A DNA stretch of 64,000 bases, from positions 46,500,001 through 46,564,000 of the forward strand of contig NC_042999.1 of NCBI RefSeq assembly GCF_006345805.1, given 5' to 3'. The translations under genes and the position numbers were made by a program. Source of the stretch: Octopus sinensis (lineage: Eukaryota). Position 1 is the stretch's first letter. Every line of letters starts with the position of its first letter. The notes beneath the pieces are model-generated. The model was not told where the DNA came from. It worked only from the letters and a program-made list of their open reading frames with translations, and searched no databases. Of the stretch, positions 24,663 through 38,804 are shown piece by piece.

Positions 24663-25012
24663 TGTATGGCCCAATGGTTAAGGCAGCGGACCCGCTGTCA
24701 CTGGATTACGGTTTCGATTCCCAGACCGGGAATTGTTAGTGTTTCTTGAACAAAAACACCTAAATGTCCACGATGTTCCAGCTGTACTCTTTCGCCAAAA
24801 CTTTCTCTCACTTTTCCTGTTTCTCTCGTACCTGTATTTCAAAGAGCCAGCCTTATCACACACCGTATCACACTGAATCACCCCAAGCACTACGTTAATG
24901 ATACAAGTGTTTGTGGAGTGCTCAGTCACTTGCAGGTTAATCTCATGAGGAAGCTGTTCCGTTGATCAGATCAACTGTAACCCTTGTCGTCATAACCGAC
25001 GGCGTGCCACGA
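24663..25012 (+). mobile_element. tRNA-derived SINE, family D
   Basis: TGGCCCAATGG and GGTTTCGATTCC boxes; body shared with 10166-10300. Confidence 0.8.
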
Positions 25013-25090
25013 TATATATATATATATATATATTCTAACTTTTAGATATGTATAAATATATACATGTTACGTATGTGTATACTTATTTAC

Positions 25091-25130
<40 letters not shown>

Positions 25131-25205
25131 TATATATACACGTATATGCAAATATACAATATGTATATATATATATATATGTATGTATATATAAATATAT
25201 ATATG

Positions 25206-25241
<36 letters not shown>

Positions 25242-25899
25242 CATTTGTTTGTATGTGTGTGTATAAGCTCTGAATGTATTCCTGAGTGATAAAGAACGAA
25301 CTTGAAGAAATTCTAATTGAAATTTATTGAACAGGAAGAATTGTTTGTAAATGAACGGAGTGTAAACATTCTATCGTAAATTCTTTATTGTAAATACCAA
25401 CACGTTGATTTTACAAAATGTGGAAATTAACTGCGCTCTTCGATCGGAAAAAATCATACCTTGAATAACTCAATGCAACACGTTTAAAGAAATACCAATT
25501 GAGATATATGGACCAAAAAATAATCAACAAAAAAGTACCTTTACGAATATATAATACGTAAATATTGTATCGTATTAAGCAGCACGTTGTATTACGAAAA
25601 TTTGAAAAGAGGTTCCAAATCATCCACTGCCTTGGAAATATCTGTCTCTTAGGATAAAATGGGTGCTTTTTCTGTCATTTATTGAAAGCTATTATAAGAC
25701 GAAAGTGGAAATTTATAATTTATATAAGGTCTGCTTTTGACTCACGAAGTTATTGATTAGTGTAGATATGTTTAAATTTCGTCATTCCTAATTTAGCATC
25801 ATTTCTGTAGTCACAGACAAGCATATATTTATTTATTTATTTTTTCTTATATCCACTAAAGTCGATTCTTTTCAGGAGTTTGCAAATCAGATGGCCATC

Positions 25900-25943
<44 letters not shown>

Positions 25944-26223
25944 CTCACATGTCTCCATCACACCGTCTTTTCTTCGTTTCTCTCTTTCTCTCTATTTCTC
26001 TTCTCTAAATATATAGTTACTCTTTCTCTGTTTCTTTATTTCACTCCATCACACTATCTTCCTTCTCTCAGCGCCTCAATCTCTCTTTTCCTCGTTTCTC
26101 TCTCTTTCTCTCTGTCTCTCTCTTCTCTATAAATACATAGACACTCACGCTCCGTTTCTCGTTTTCTTTACTTCTCTCCATCACACCGTTCTTCTTCTTC
26201 TCTCTCCCTTTCAATCTCCCTAA

Positions 26224-26255
<32 letters not shown>

Positions 26256-26344
26256 TCTTTCTCTCTCCTTTTTACTTTTTCACTTCTCTCCATTACGCCT
26301 TACTCTCTCTCTGTCTCTTCATTTCTCAGACAGTTTCTTTCTCT

Positions 26345-28345
26345 ATTTCTTCACTACCCTCCACCTCACTGTTCCAAAAATACATAAATGATGTCCAGAA
26401 ACTGGAGGAGCATAGAATTGGAATTGTTTTTAGAGCCTGACATTGTGCTGAAGGAGAAGCCTGGGTATAGGCAATATAAAATCGATCCCCAGAGCCTTCT
26501 ACAAGTTTGCCTCTGTGCACTCCTCGGAAAAATGATTCATTCACAGGGAAGCCAATGAGGATAAGTGAAATACTAAAGGAGCAATTCAAAAGTGTTTTCT
26601 GTCCACCCCCAGCATATTTGCATGTCAGCTATCTAGCTGGCTTTTTACCACTGCAGATATAAAAACAGTGCTGATTGATTACATCAATATAAAAGAAGAC
26701 GATGTAATACGTTCTATAGATGAAATGAACCCGAACTCAGCTACTGGCCCTGATGGATTCCCCGCAATCCTTCTAAAATCATATAAGCGACTCTTAGCAA
26801 AACCACTGCAGTCCCTCTTCCAGAGCTTTCTTGCAAATGGCAAACTTCGAAGCAAGCTCGAGGAAGGTAAAATATGCCCTATTCATACAGGAGGTAGCAG
26901 AGCGGAGACCAAAAGTTACACTTATCTCTCTGACCTCGCACATCAGCGAAGTCATAAACAAATAGTTAGAAGAAAGCTAATCACCTTCCTTGAGGAAAAT
27001 GAATTGCGGACCCCCAACAGGGTTTCCGACCAGAAAGAAGCTGCGTAACTCAGCTCTTGCGGTACTATGACTGGGTTTTGAAACAGCTGTTCAATCACTC
27101 AAATGTGGATGTGTTTATATCTCGACTTTGCAAAGGTTTTCGATAATGTCGATCATGGATTGATATATCACAAACCGTGTGATCTAGACATAATCGAGAA
27201 AATGACTGCATTACTTTCTGAACGATAGAAGTCAGCTGATAGTAGCCAATGGGGTCACCTCCAATGACACGCAAATAGTGTCCGGTGTTCCGCAAAGCAC
27301 CGTTTTGGGACCACTACTGTTCATAATTGCCCTCTCAGTTATGCTCTCAACTGCACATTGAGCCACAATCACAAGTAATGCATATTATACATAAGTTTCA
27401 CAGGTGATAAAGAACCCTGAAGGCACTATGCACCTGCAATGTGAGTTGGATGAAATACACAAGTGGGCTGAGAAGTATAGCATGCAGTTTAATGATGAAA
27501 AGTTTCATGTCTTGTACTATCACCATTCAAAACTAAATGCAATACAAATTAAACACACTGGACCTGGAGAGATTGCAATCCCAGAGACTCAGTGCGAGAC
27601 TTGGGGCATTTATATGAGTAACGAAGCATCCTTCCATTCTATGTGCATGTTGCTAAGTTGTTAATGAAATGCAGGCGGCTAACCGGATGGATTTTAAGAA
27701 CTTTTAGAACGAAAGATCAGGAAACCATGATGGTCTTCTGGAGGACATTTGTCCTAAGCCACTTTGACTATTGTTCCCAGCAATGGTCACCAACCAGTAT
27801 AAAATTAATGCCAGAACATGTGGCAATCCAGCGAAGCTACATGAAGATGGCCTCTATGCCGCATATAAGCTACTAGGAAAAACTCAAGAGATTGAGACAC
27901 TATTCACTAGAGCGTAAGCGAGAAAGATATGCCATAAGACCTAAAAGGACTTGTCCTAAACTTTGGCATTGAGAGTTACACTAATGCTAGAATAGGGCGA
28001 CGCTGCATAGTGCCAAAGACTCCAACTTCGCCATCAAGGTACAGGACAATATATTGCAACAGTCTGCGCCTTAAAGACCCAGAGCTCTTCAATACATATC
28101 CCCGCGAAGGGCCTGAGAGACCTACATGGGGTGGATGTGTCTTCAAAACGAAACTAAACCGCTTACTGTCAAGTGTCTCGGATGACCGACTTTACAGCAG
28201 GAAATGCAGATGAGGTCAGCGGCATTAATTACCCTCATGCACCAAACACCAATTTCTAAAGAAGAATTGAAGTAAAATTATGTAGCAACACCAAATAGCG
28301 GTGCCCCAGAATGGCCATTAATTTTATATGAGCATATGAGCTGAA
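26345..28345 (+). mobile_element. CR1/L2-group LINE, decayed reverse transcriptase and 3' end
   Basis: SATGPDGFPAILLK, frameshifted DFAK.FD, SGVPQSTVLGPLLF, WILRTF, HFDYCSQQWSP, C-terminal LFN motif; many stops and frameshifts. Confidence 0.85.
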
Positions 28346-28398
28346 GCTAGATCATATCAAATCATATATATATATATATATACTATGTATGTATGTAG

Positions 28399-28432
<34 letters not shown>

Positions 28433-28528
28433 GTAGATATAGATATATATATATATACTATGTATGTATGTATGTATGTATGTAGATATATATATATATA
28501 CTATGTATGTATGTATATATATATATAT

Positions 28529-28560
<32 letters not shown>

Positions 28561-28769
28561 GATATAGATATATATATACATATATATATTATTTATATTA
28601 TTAATTAATTGAACGCCACGCATCCATTTCCAAGTAAGTTTATCATAGCCTTTTTGATGCGAATCCGCTCTATAATGTTTTCTTTCTCCATCCTTCTCTA
28701 ATTCCCATTTTCTCACCTTTCACCGTTTTTTATCTGTCTGTCACTCTCTCTCTCTCTCCTTCTTTCTCT

Positions 28770-30140
28770 TGCACGGCTGTCTCATTCACACAGAAAGCAG
28801 CAGTATTTGGTGTATCCGTCCTGTAAGTCCATCACAAGAGCAATAACCTTTAAGTCACCACAGAGCTGCCACTGACGTTCATACATTTCAACACATGCTT
28901 TATATTCTCATAAGTTTCTTTCATATGTGATGCATAGCAGACAGAAATTGATTATACAGCAAGCCACTTTTAAGATTGAGTTTTAATGAAACTATGAACA
29001 GCCTCCCGTTACTGGGTTTGTATTCAATACCAAGTGCTTCCATCATACAATTAATAATCTTGCTGGACAATAAATTCCGTTCCAATATGAAGAAATTACT
29101 GAACTGCTGATGGCAGTCATGAAAGTTTGAAATATTCACATCAGCTGCAAGGAGATACGACAGTTGAAGGCGAGAGCCTAGAAGCTCTGCCCACTTCTTA
29201 GTTGTAGATCCCTGACAAGGTCATGGTGTTCACCTTGTGTTATGAGGTGTGGTCTAGAGGAGGGTGCTTTATCAAAATTTGGGCCACTTTCTAATCCAGC
29301 ACTATCATCCTTCTCTGCTTCCTCCTCACCAATTTCTTCATCTGACTCGAAGTTGATGCACCAGGAACAGGTAGAACTTCTTCAAGTGGAACTGGGCGAA
29401 GAGCTGATGGAATGCTTGGATATTATATGGATTCCTTTTCTTCTTTGATAAGCCCTTTTTAATTTTTACTGGAGATACCATGCAGAAATAAGAATTGTTT
29501 GTATGGTCGTTTGGTCCCGCCGCGTTATTGGCACAGCAAAATGCATTCTTTTCCTCTTCTTTTTCAAAAATTGATGAAGGTTAGTAGCACAAGTATTGCA
29601 GCATATGTGAGTAGCTCACTTCTCATCCAGGTTGCCAGTCTTGCATCCAAAATATAGTTGATATGTTGATATGCCTTTCTAACCATAGCGTTTATACGAC
29701 ACTTGCGTGATGCAAAGTTCACCTCACCACAATTGCAGCAGAAGTTGCCTGCCTTATTCACACAAGTGCGAGACATCTGAAAGCAAAACAAAAAATAAGA
29801 AAAGAAAAGAAAAAGAAGATAAACAGAAAATTCATTCATAAATTCATCATTGTAATAAAGAGCATGACATCTTAGCAGAAGCATTTATATCGTTCAGTAG
29901 GAAACTAGAATTAATATAAAATGCCTCGCATGCATATCAATAGCTTGCCCAATGAATATTTATTATTAGTTTAAAAAGTGTTTCATAAAGAAAATCACCT
30001 AGATTTCACCTCAGTATATAAACTTGCAGAGCACAACCACCTCCTATGACTGCTGAAGTGCAGTGGGACAGTAAGTGTGGTAAGAAACACACTCCTGCAG
30101 CGCCTGTTGCAACCTGTTGTGACACGTACGTGTATCTTGA
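28770..30140 (-). mobile_element. Decayed DNA transposon of a widespread metazoan family (superfamily not assigned)
   Basis: MSRTCVNKAGNFCCNCGEVNFAS...VRKAY and ALGIEYKPSNGRLFIVSLKL.LK..LL resemble the C-x-N-x3-FCYICG and WRLFIDSSK.SLKAVLLH motifs of a common transposase-like protein. Confidence 0.65.
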
Positions 30141-30160
30141 AAAGTATAGCTAACAAACAG

Positions 30161-30220
<60 letters not shown>

Positions 30221-32050
30221 AGAAGATATATAATAAATGTGTATATGTGTAGTATATATATATAGTAGATTTGCAGAGACTTCCAAGTTACTAGCAACCG
30301 TTTCCTTGTAGAAATGAAAGTGATACGTTATTTTAATGTGTTAAGTGATATTTCAATTGATATTTGACTTCTTTCATAAATAATTAGTCATAAAACATTA
30401 TGTGTGTATGTATTTGAACTCATATATTCAGAAAAACGCACACACACACACATACACACACACAAACATATTTATTTATATACATATGTGTATATAATTC
30501 TAAATAACATTTAATAATATATTCTTGGAACTTCTGTTAGGTTTCTGGGAAATGGAAATGTTCAGTGATTGGCGTTTGGCATTGGGAATATCCGAGTTAT
30601 TTCGTGTTATTGTATAACAGCTTAGAAATATAAAGAGGAACTGTCTGCTACTTAGAAATGTTATGAGGTCAAAACTTCTTTAATTTTCGCTGCGGTTTAT
30701 GCCAATAATTTGATCAAGTAAAAGAAGAGCTATATAAACATGATATAAAAATAAATATTAATATTTCCACAAGACTCATTATCTGTCATCTATTTCCTGT
30801 GACCTCTGGCCAAATAGTCGGTAATTGTACTTTTTTTTTTAGAGATCTTTGTAGCTGGTAATGAATAAAATAAAGAGAGAGTGAGATAGAGGAAAAAAAG
30901 CAAAAAGAGAGATAATCAATAATAAAAGAAATATGAGAATATGATGTTTGTTTACTTGGCAATAGCCACTTTGTCATCAATCAAGTTATTTTCCTTCTGA
31001 GTTGATAGGCGAGTATCAGGAAATGATAATATTTTCTCACATGCTACGATTTACGACATGGCTTCTGATTTCAGATTAGGTTTGAGTTCTTAGACCGATA
31101 ACAACATATCAAAATCATTATTTCTCATTTATTGACAAACATCACAGAAATATGCTTATAAAATAACCTCCACTCCAAAACAAAAAAAGAGTAAAGACAG
31201 AGAAAAATATAGAAGAAAGTAATAGAGACAGATATAAAGAAAGGAAAAAGAAGCGATATGAAAATATGAACATTAGATATGTTAATAAATATTTTTGAAA
31301 TATACTCGAGTAAAAGCGTGTGGTTGTTAGAAAACTAAACGCAAAAACATGGAAACAACTAAAAATTTATTGGAAAACTGTCAAGTTTAATTGATGAGAA
31401 ACAAAATAACATTTCATAAAGAAATAAGGGAAACCTTTGAGCCAAAATGTGGCAAGAAATATAAGGAAACATAATTTTTATTGGTGTATATTAGAGGATT
31501 GATTGTTTATTAGTTTTTGCAAGCATCTTGCAAAAATAATGATAATCGATCGAGAATAATATTGTTCAGTAATAAAACTTGTTAGAAGCAAGCTTCATGA
31601 TTTTAATTGGAAAATAAGATTAATAAAATAAGAATTATTAGAGAAATAATGAGTACAAAATTGGAAGGAAAATGAAATGGCAGAAAATAAATTAATGTTC
31701 AAAGAAAATTTCAACATATGTTTTGGTTCTTCTTTATTACAGTTCAGTGTTGTTTTTCTTTATCTTTGTTCACTATTTCTTTGTTAGGGTCATAAAAATA
31801 TAAAGGAAACTAGTTAAAACTCCATAAAAAATACTGTTTATAGTATTCTTAAGATCATTTTAAATTTACATGTCTATGTCAAGCAATCGGCTTTTTTGAT
31901 ATCTGGGTTACACGGATAATTTGAAAATTATTATTAGTCTGTCATTTAATAATTTCATTTAATTTAACATGCTGGCATTTCAGAATAGAAAGATTGATAT
32001 AAAATAGTAATAGTAGATTGGTGTCTAAGATATTGGAATAAAAAATCATG

Positions 32051-32085
<35 letters not shown>

Positions 32086-32090
<5 letters not shown>

Positions 32091-32365
32091 GTAAAATATG
32101 AAAAATCAACGAAAATGCACATTGTAAATAGAAAAATGGCTATTTATGACAGGTAACGACAAATATATACATTTAGATTTGCTGAGGTAGTAATACGAGT
32201 CATAAAAGTCATTATTAAGAGATCATCTCTTAATAATGACTTTTATGACTTGTATTACTACCTCAGTCAATCTAAATATATATATATTTGTCGTTGCCTG
32301 TCATAAATAGCCCTTTTTTGTATTTACAACGTGCATTTTCGTTGATTTTTTATATTTTACCCTTA
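32086..32365. repeat. Near-perfect palindrome (~137-bp arms, 1-nt centre at 32224), MITE/fold-back-like
   Basis: ...attattaagagat-c-atctcttaataat...; outer ends ggggtaaaatat / atattttaccc; abuts (TA)n. Confidence 0.9.
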
Positions 32366-32415
32366 CATTTCCACGTGTATTTTATATTTTATATTTTCTT
32401 TTTGTAACATATTTC

Positions 32416-32464
<49 letters not shown>

Positions 32465-32529
32465 TATATATATATATACTTATTTTATTTTTAAAAATTA
32501 AGATAAACAAAGTTCGTCTTAAATCAAAA

Positions 32530-33655
32530 ATATACAATCCTTCATTTTCTACAGTGCTTTTCTATCAAGGCCCTTCTTCCAAAATTCACTTGTCCGTGAC
32601 GAAAAATACTCCGCCAGTACTGTTCTGACCTCGTCTAAAGAATTCATATTTTTTCCGTCCAAATTATTTTGAGGAGTGTGGAATAAATGATAATCAGATG
32701 GAGTAATGTCCGGCGAATGTGGTGGGTGAGAGATCGTTTCCCACTCAAACTGTTCCAGCCTTTGGAATGTCAGCTTCACTGTATGTGGCCGAACATTATT
32801 CTGATAGAAGAATAGCTTTCGTCTTGAAACCAAAGATGATCGTTTTCTTCTGGCGCTGACTTAAGCCGCTCAAGCTGCTCGCAGTAGATCTCCTTTGTTA
32901 TCGTTTGGTTTGGGCTAAGAAGTTCAAAGTGGACCAAACAGATAACATCACCTTAGGTGGGTGAAGTCTCTTTTAGCCCAGGGTGTCGGTGTTTCTCCTT
33001 TCCCTACCCACTGTCTTCGGCGCTTGACTTTTTGTATAGAGAACCCATTTCTCGTCACCAGTCAGTATTCGGGCCAAAAGATGTGACTGCAAAGAAGAGT
33101 ACACTTTCACTCGCTGTGCGCAATTAGGCTCGGAAAGTTTGTGAAGAACCTATTGACCCAATTTGCTGACTTTTCCTATGGCACGCAGGTGTCGATGAAT
33201 GGTTGAATGACTAAATCCAAGCTCCTCTGTTAGGTCCTCGACAGTTACGATGAGATTTTGTTCCACGGCAATCTCTACAGATCTTCCAGGACGAGGCTCG
33301 TCTTCTAGGCTGTAGTTTCAAGCTAGGAAATTCTGAAACCACCGTTGACACTGGCTTACGCTTATTGTTCGATCTCCATACACTGCATCAATATACCTCG
33401 CACTTTCCGTTGCGTTGATGCCTTAATTGAACTCAAAAAGAAAAATATGCCGAATATGCTCCTTTGTTATTTCCATTATAGCTGTGAAATAATAACTCGT
33501 AAAATCGAAGTGCACTCTGCAAAACTTTCACAAAGAATAAAGACAAAGTAAGTTTACTATCTTCATTTATAGCAAGTTAATGCAGGTAGTTTATCCTGTT
33601 CCCCTCCGACTTTTAGCTCATGCAATTGAAAAAACCGCATTATTTATAGGATGAT

Positions 33656-33659
<4 letters not shown>
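32530..33659 (-). mobile_element. mariner transposon, near-complete decayed transposase
   Basis: Left TIR-like ggatcatcctataaataatgcggtttttt; MEITKEHIRH...CQRWF...LEDEPRPGR; ILTGDEKWV; HPPHSPDITPSDYHLF. Confidence 0.9.
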
Positions 33660-33715
<56 letters not shown>

Positions 33716-33717
33716 TA

Positions 33718-33755
<38 letters not shown>

Positions 33756-34872
33756 TATATATATACATACATATATATGCATACACACACGCACATACAC
33801 ATGGATATAGAAACATATATTAGAATTTCTTTGACAACAAATTTCGTCTGTAGAAGATAAAGTCGAAATCAAAACATGTTTTATAATGAATTGGATTCTA
33901 CATGCAGTATTGTGTCTCACCATCAGTAAAAACTTGCTTCAAAATATGAACAATATATGTTCGTGTGTGTGTGTGTGTGTTTGTGCATATTTGTGTATGC
34001 GTGTCTATCTGTGTACGCGCGCGTCTGAGTGCGTGTGCGTGCGTGTATATATGTGTGTGTATGTGTGTGTGTGTATATATGTGTGTGGCCATACCGAAAT
34101 ACAGCATTGATAAATTTGGTCGATTAAATCGGTGACAATAATTCTTTTAAATCTGGTACTTATTCTGTTGATTTTTGCTTTTGCATTATTACCAGATATA
34201 GGGGACATACAGAAGTAAACTTGTTGCTTGGTGGTGACACACAATATCATCATGAAAGACTTAAACACATACATGCTTATATACTTATGTATAACGTCGG
34301 TATTCTTAGGTTCCTGCCAACCAACCAATTCAATGATTTTACTAAGATTTGGTGTACAGGAAGTACCTTTGCATATGAATAATTTTCAGTGGATGTAGCT
34401 TGCTCTGTACTATCCCTACCTATTGACCCAAGAATAATTTCACCGGTGTGACATGAATATTGACTAAACCAGGAACTTCCAAGGTTTCAGGTTCTATTTC
34501 GGAGATCTCCTTCTCCTAGGTAGATTACCAACCAAGGTTTTAGAGCTTCTACCTGCCCATGAATAAGCTATCCCATTCCAGACTCCAAACCGACACTCAG
34601 ACACTCTATAAAGTGATAAAATATCACTCCGGTTACCAGCGCGGAGTAGCTCATTCATATATAAAAAAAGAAATAAAAGAAAAGAAAAGTACGATATGTG
34701 GTTTGCAAATGTAAATAAGAATTAAATATAAATAATATATATAAATATAAGAAAGTAAACGAAATGCAATAAATATAAATATGTATATAAAAGTAAAAAT
34801 AAACATATATAAATATACATTTATAAATATTCATACAAACATACATACATACATACATACATACATACATAC

Positions 34873-34915
<43 letters not shown>

Positions 34916-35143
34916 GTCTGGGGGCGAGTCAATTTCTTTTTGCGCCTTATAATGTAACACACTCACCGGTAAAATTTCCACTTCAACACACGAACTCATA
35001 TAAAGAATCTTGCAAATCAAATCCCAAAACGAAATATATATATAAGCATACATACATACATACATACATACATACATACATACATACATACATACATACA
35101 CACATTTAGACGCGTGTATACTAACATGTACTCTGCTTTTCAG

Positions 35144-35170
35144 TTCTATGTCTTATAATAGTTAGAAAAG
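35144..35170 (+). CDS. Candidate 27-nt micro-exon (xLCLIIVRK)
   Basis: TACTAAC branch point, ctctgcttttcag acceptor, AAG|GTATTT donor; only the phase 1-1 frame is open. Confidence 0.4.
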
Positions 35171-36844
35171 GTATTTCGACTAGAACCATTCATGAGACAT
35201 AGCTGATAAAGAAACATTTTCAAAAACATTTAAGCGGCGTGTTAAAATGGTGCGAAGCTAAATGATAAGCAAGCACATTTGATATTAACGTCAATAATAT
35301 TTCGTTATCTGTCACTTAGTACATATCACATGCAAATCGTTAATAAAGCATTCGATTTCTACGTGCATGAAGAGAGACAACAATGTCTAATAGACGATGC
35401 CTTTGTAGTAAAGAAAAACTCGTTTAAATCAGGAAGTTTCTCTAAGATTATCGATAAAATACGTACGCTTTGGATACAGAATAAAACTGAACGCAGTTTA
35501 TGAACGTTGACTAGATAGAACGTCTTATAAACTATTATAAATAAAATGAAAATGTTTGGTAGCTCTTAAATTGATATAGAGTTATCGTTACAAACTACAA
35601 TTAACATTCCTTGAACAACTCCCTATAAAGCTCCTTCAGAGCGTAGATGGCAATTAATGTGTGTTTTATGAATATATATAAGCAATACTACTACACTAAT
35701 CATCAGGAGATGTCAGACCGTATTCTCTGTAAGGTATCAATCATACCTACTCATTCTAAGTGGAAGATGCATTTGCTATCCTTATCTGAAAGCAGTATGC
35801 TAGCTTCCAATCCGCTCAATGTCGACAGTCACGAATATTTCGTTTGATGGAGATGCGAAATTTGAGGCACTCACTTCGTTAGATATCGAAACCCTAGTAA
35901 CGAAATAGGTGCAAAGTGGGATGGTAGAAGCAAAAACCCAACTCTCAGGGGCCAATAATCCCTGTAAGTTTTAAACATTAAACCTTATCCTAAAGTTGGA
36001 AAAAAGTAAGTCAGTGTTTACATCAAGTGAAATAAATATGATTTACCTGTATGTATTCAACGAGTCATCATGAATATATTGGCAATACAACAACAGGTAC
36101 ACAACCAACATGACTTGGTATGCACTAAAAAGAATTTAGAAATATGCTGCAACCCTTTAATATACCATTTGGTTAACTCGAAATAATCTGGAAAATATAA
36201 GAGCAATCGTCATATTTGGATTTTGCCCAGATATCGACGTATCTAATTCATAGTGAAATTACTTAACTAGCAATAGAGCAAGAGGCAGTAGATTTCGACA
36301 AGTGAAGTGATTGTCTTATCATTTTCGTCATGAGAGAAGCGCATGGTAAACGGGCGTCTACATTCCCAACCAAGACAAGTAACGTTGAAGGTGATGTTAT
36401 CCAAGATTCGGAGACCTGGTCTAAATGCTAGCAACAGAATAGAGTTTGTTAAAATTTCCTAAAAGTACAAATGACGGTTTGAGACTGAAGAATATAGTGC
36501 AAGTCTACTAGCTGGTTATAGTGTGATTTCGTTACAAAGCGCATTGGGCCAGAGGGAAGATCATCAGGCATTCCCTAGTTTGGGACTCGATTTTCGATCC
36601 GCTTCGGCTGAATCTTAAAATCACAACAGAAGGAGATAGGGGACAGAAAAACAGCAATATATATTGTGACAGGAAACCAGTAATACATTCCATTTACATA
36701 AATTTATAACTATATTATTATATCATTCTTTTATGCGTTTCAGCTAAAAGGCTGAGGTCATTTTGAAGCATGACGATAAACAATTAAGTTGCAACTAAAT
36801 AAATATATCATGAGGATAAACAGCAAATACGACTAAATAAAGAA

Positions 36845-37040
<196 letters not shown>

Positions 37041-37589
37041 TATATAAAAACAGTAAGTTGCAAATATATAACAGAATAACCATATATTTGTTTAATAGTT
37101 ACACAAATAACAATTTGCTGCTATATAAGTTGAGTTAAAAATTCATGAAAGGATTTATTTGTATAATTACAATAATTGGAAAATTTCCATCTTGTAGAAA
37201 CCAGACATCTTCTAATTCTAAATTCTAATGCTGTTATCAGCTCTTGCATCCTTCATCGTCTTTAAAGAATTTCAGTTAAATATGTGACTGGAAGCAATGT
37301 TTCTCGTTGATAAATAACTCACAAAAGTTACCAGAATTTCGTAATTTTAATGCTTTCTTTGATTTTGTTTCTTAATGTTTTGGCAAAAATCGACGTTATC
37401 ACACATAATTATATTTTAAACCAAATTAAAATCATATCCTGAGATTAAACAATAAATGTTAACAGTTCTGAGATAGGAATTTGTGAAACTTAACATGTCT
37501 TGTCTAAAGAAATATTTTGTATCATAACTAACGGGTTCCGGTGCATTACAACAGATCGACATTTGGGCGAATATTTCAGCAATAATTCT

Positions 37590-38400
37590 TGGGCCAATCA
37601 ATATTATGTGAACCAACTTACCAACCTGTTCCAAAAAACATTCGGGCCTGGGTATTTCGATAATTACCAAAAAATTCTGATCTGTCAGTGCTACAAGAAC
37701 GCTTTACCTGTTCGCAAAGAGTTATCCCGGCACGGAATGTCAGTGCCAACGATATGTCCAAGATGTGGGCTGGGCAATGAAACCGTCCAGCATGCTTTTG
37801 TACATTGTCAGGAGCTGTCAGGCTTGATGATTTACGTCGAACACGTGTTGTCGCATCTGGGAAGAGTGCAGCTATCGGCTGAATCTATAACAAAGATTGT
37901 ACTGCCAACTGGACTCTCGAAGGAAGGTGAGGTATGTTTTTTTCTGTACAGTTGCTGTGCTGAAAGAATGTGTGTGGAAGACTAGAATGTAAAGACTAGT
38001 GACAGGATCCTTTATCTCTGGCCCTGGTTTGCTACAATACTTCAGATGTCATCTGAAGAGCAAGATAGGGCTGGAGAAGAGAACCCTGTCGCGAAGTGTG
38101 TTTGAGGAAAGCTAGAAGGCTGTATTAAGAAAGGTGGGGGTCTTGTAACCTTACTTAATCTGCATTGGGAGAAAAAAAGGAAAGGGTAGCCGCTGGGCCT
38201 TTTAGGCAACCGGGCATAATCTCCTCCCCAAAAGGTGGAAAAAAGGACTATATAATATAACATTCATCTTTTCATTAAAATTTTAAAACAAAGTTCATTC
38301 GAACCTGCACTAACTTCATTCGAACCTGCACTAACTTCATTTGTATATGCTGTCCTGTGCTGAATCATCTATATGTGACATTATTGTCTTAATAAAAAAT
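37590..38400 (+). mobile_element. Tx1/L1-clade LINE 3' fragment (zf-RVT CCHC, 3' UTR, AATAAA)
   Basis: CYKNALPVRKEL...TICPRCGLGNETVQHAFVHC in ORF 37500-37985; 21-bp tandem duplication at ~38295-38340. Confidence 0.75.
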
Positions 38401-38410
38401 TCAGCTTGCA

Positions 38411-38467
38411 AGCCATGCTACTCCAGACTGATGACTCAGAAACTAGTCTCTGGGTTGTAGCTTTGCT
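38411..38467 (+). ncRNA. Type I hammerhead-ribozyme-like motif lacking stem II
   Basis: TCCAGA-CTGATGA-ctca-GAA-ACTAGT-C-TCTGGG; stem I extended by GCTAC/GTAGC and AGC/GCT. Confidence 0.55.
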
Positions 38468-38596
38468 GGGTGAAGGTGCTTATCTCCAGGAAATCTGTCA
38501 AAGCCGACAAGAAGCGGTGCTTCCTAGGGCTAAGTACCAGTAGTAGTGTTCCCTTTCATAGGACTGTCACATTAGATCGACAACATACCACCAATT

Positions 38597-38630
<34 letters not shown>

Positions 38631-38739
38631 ATAAAGTAGAAGGAATAGCTAAGAATTTTTGACTGCTATTTCTAAACTTCGGTATGTGGTGAAGCAAATC
38701 TCTGCTGAACCCTAATTATAAAGTATTATATATACATAT

Positions 38740-38801
<62 letters not shown>

Positions 38802-38804
38802 TGT

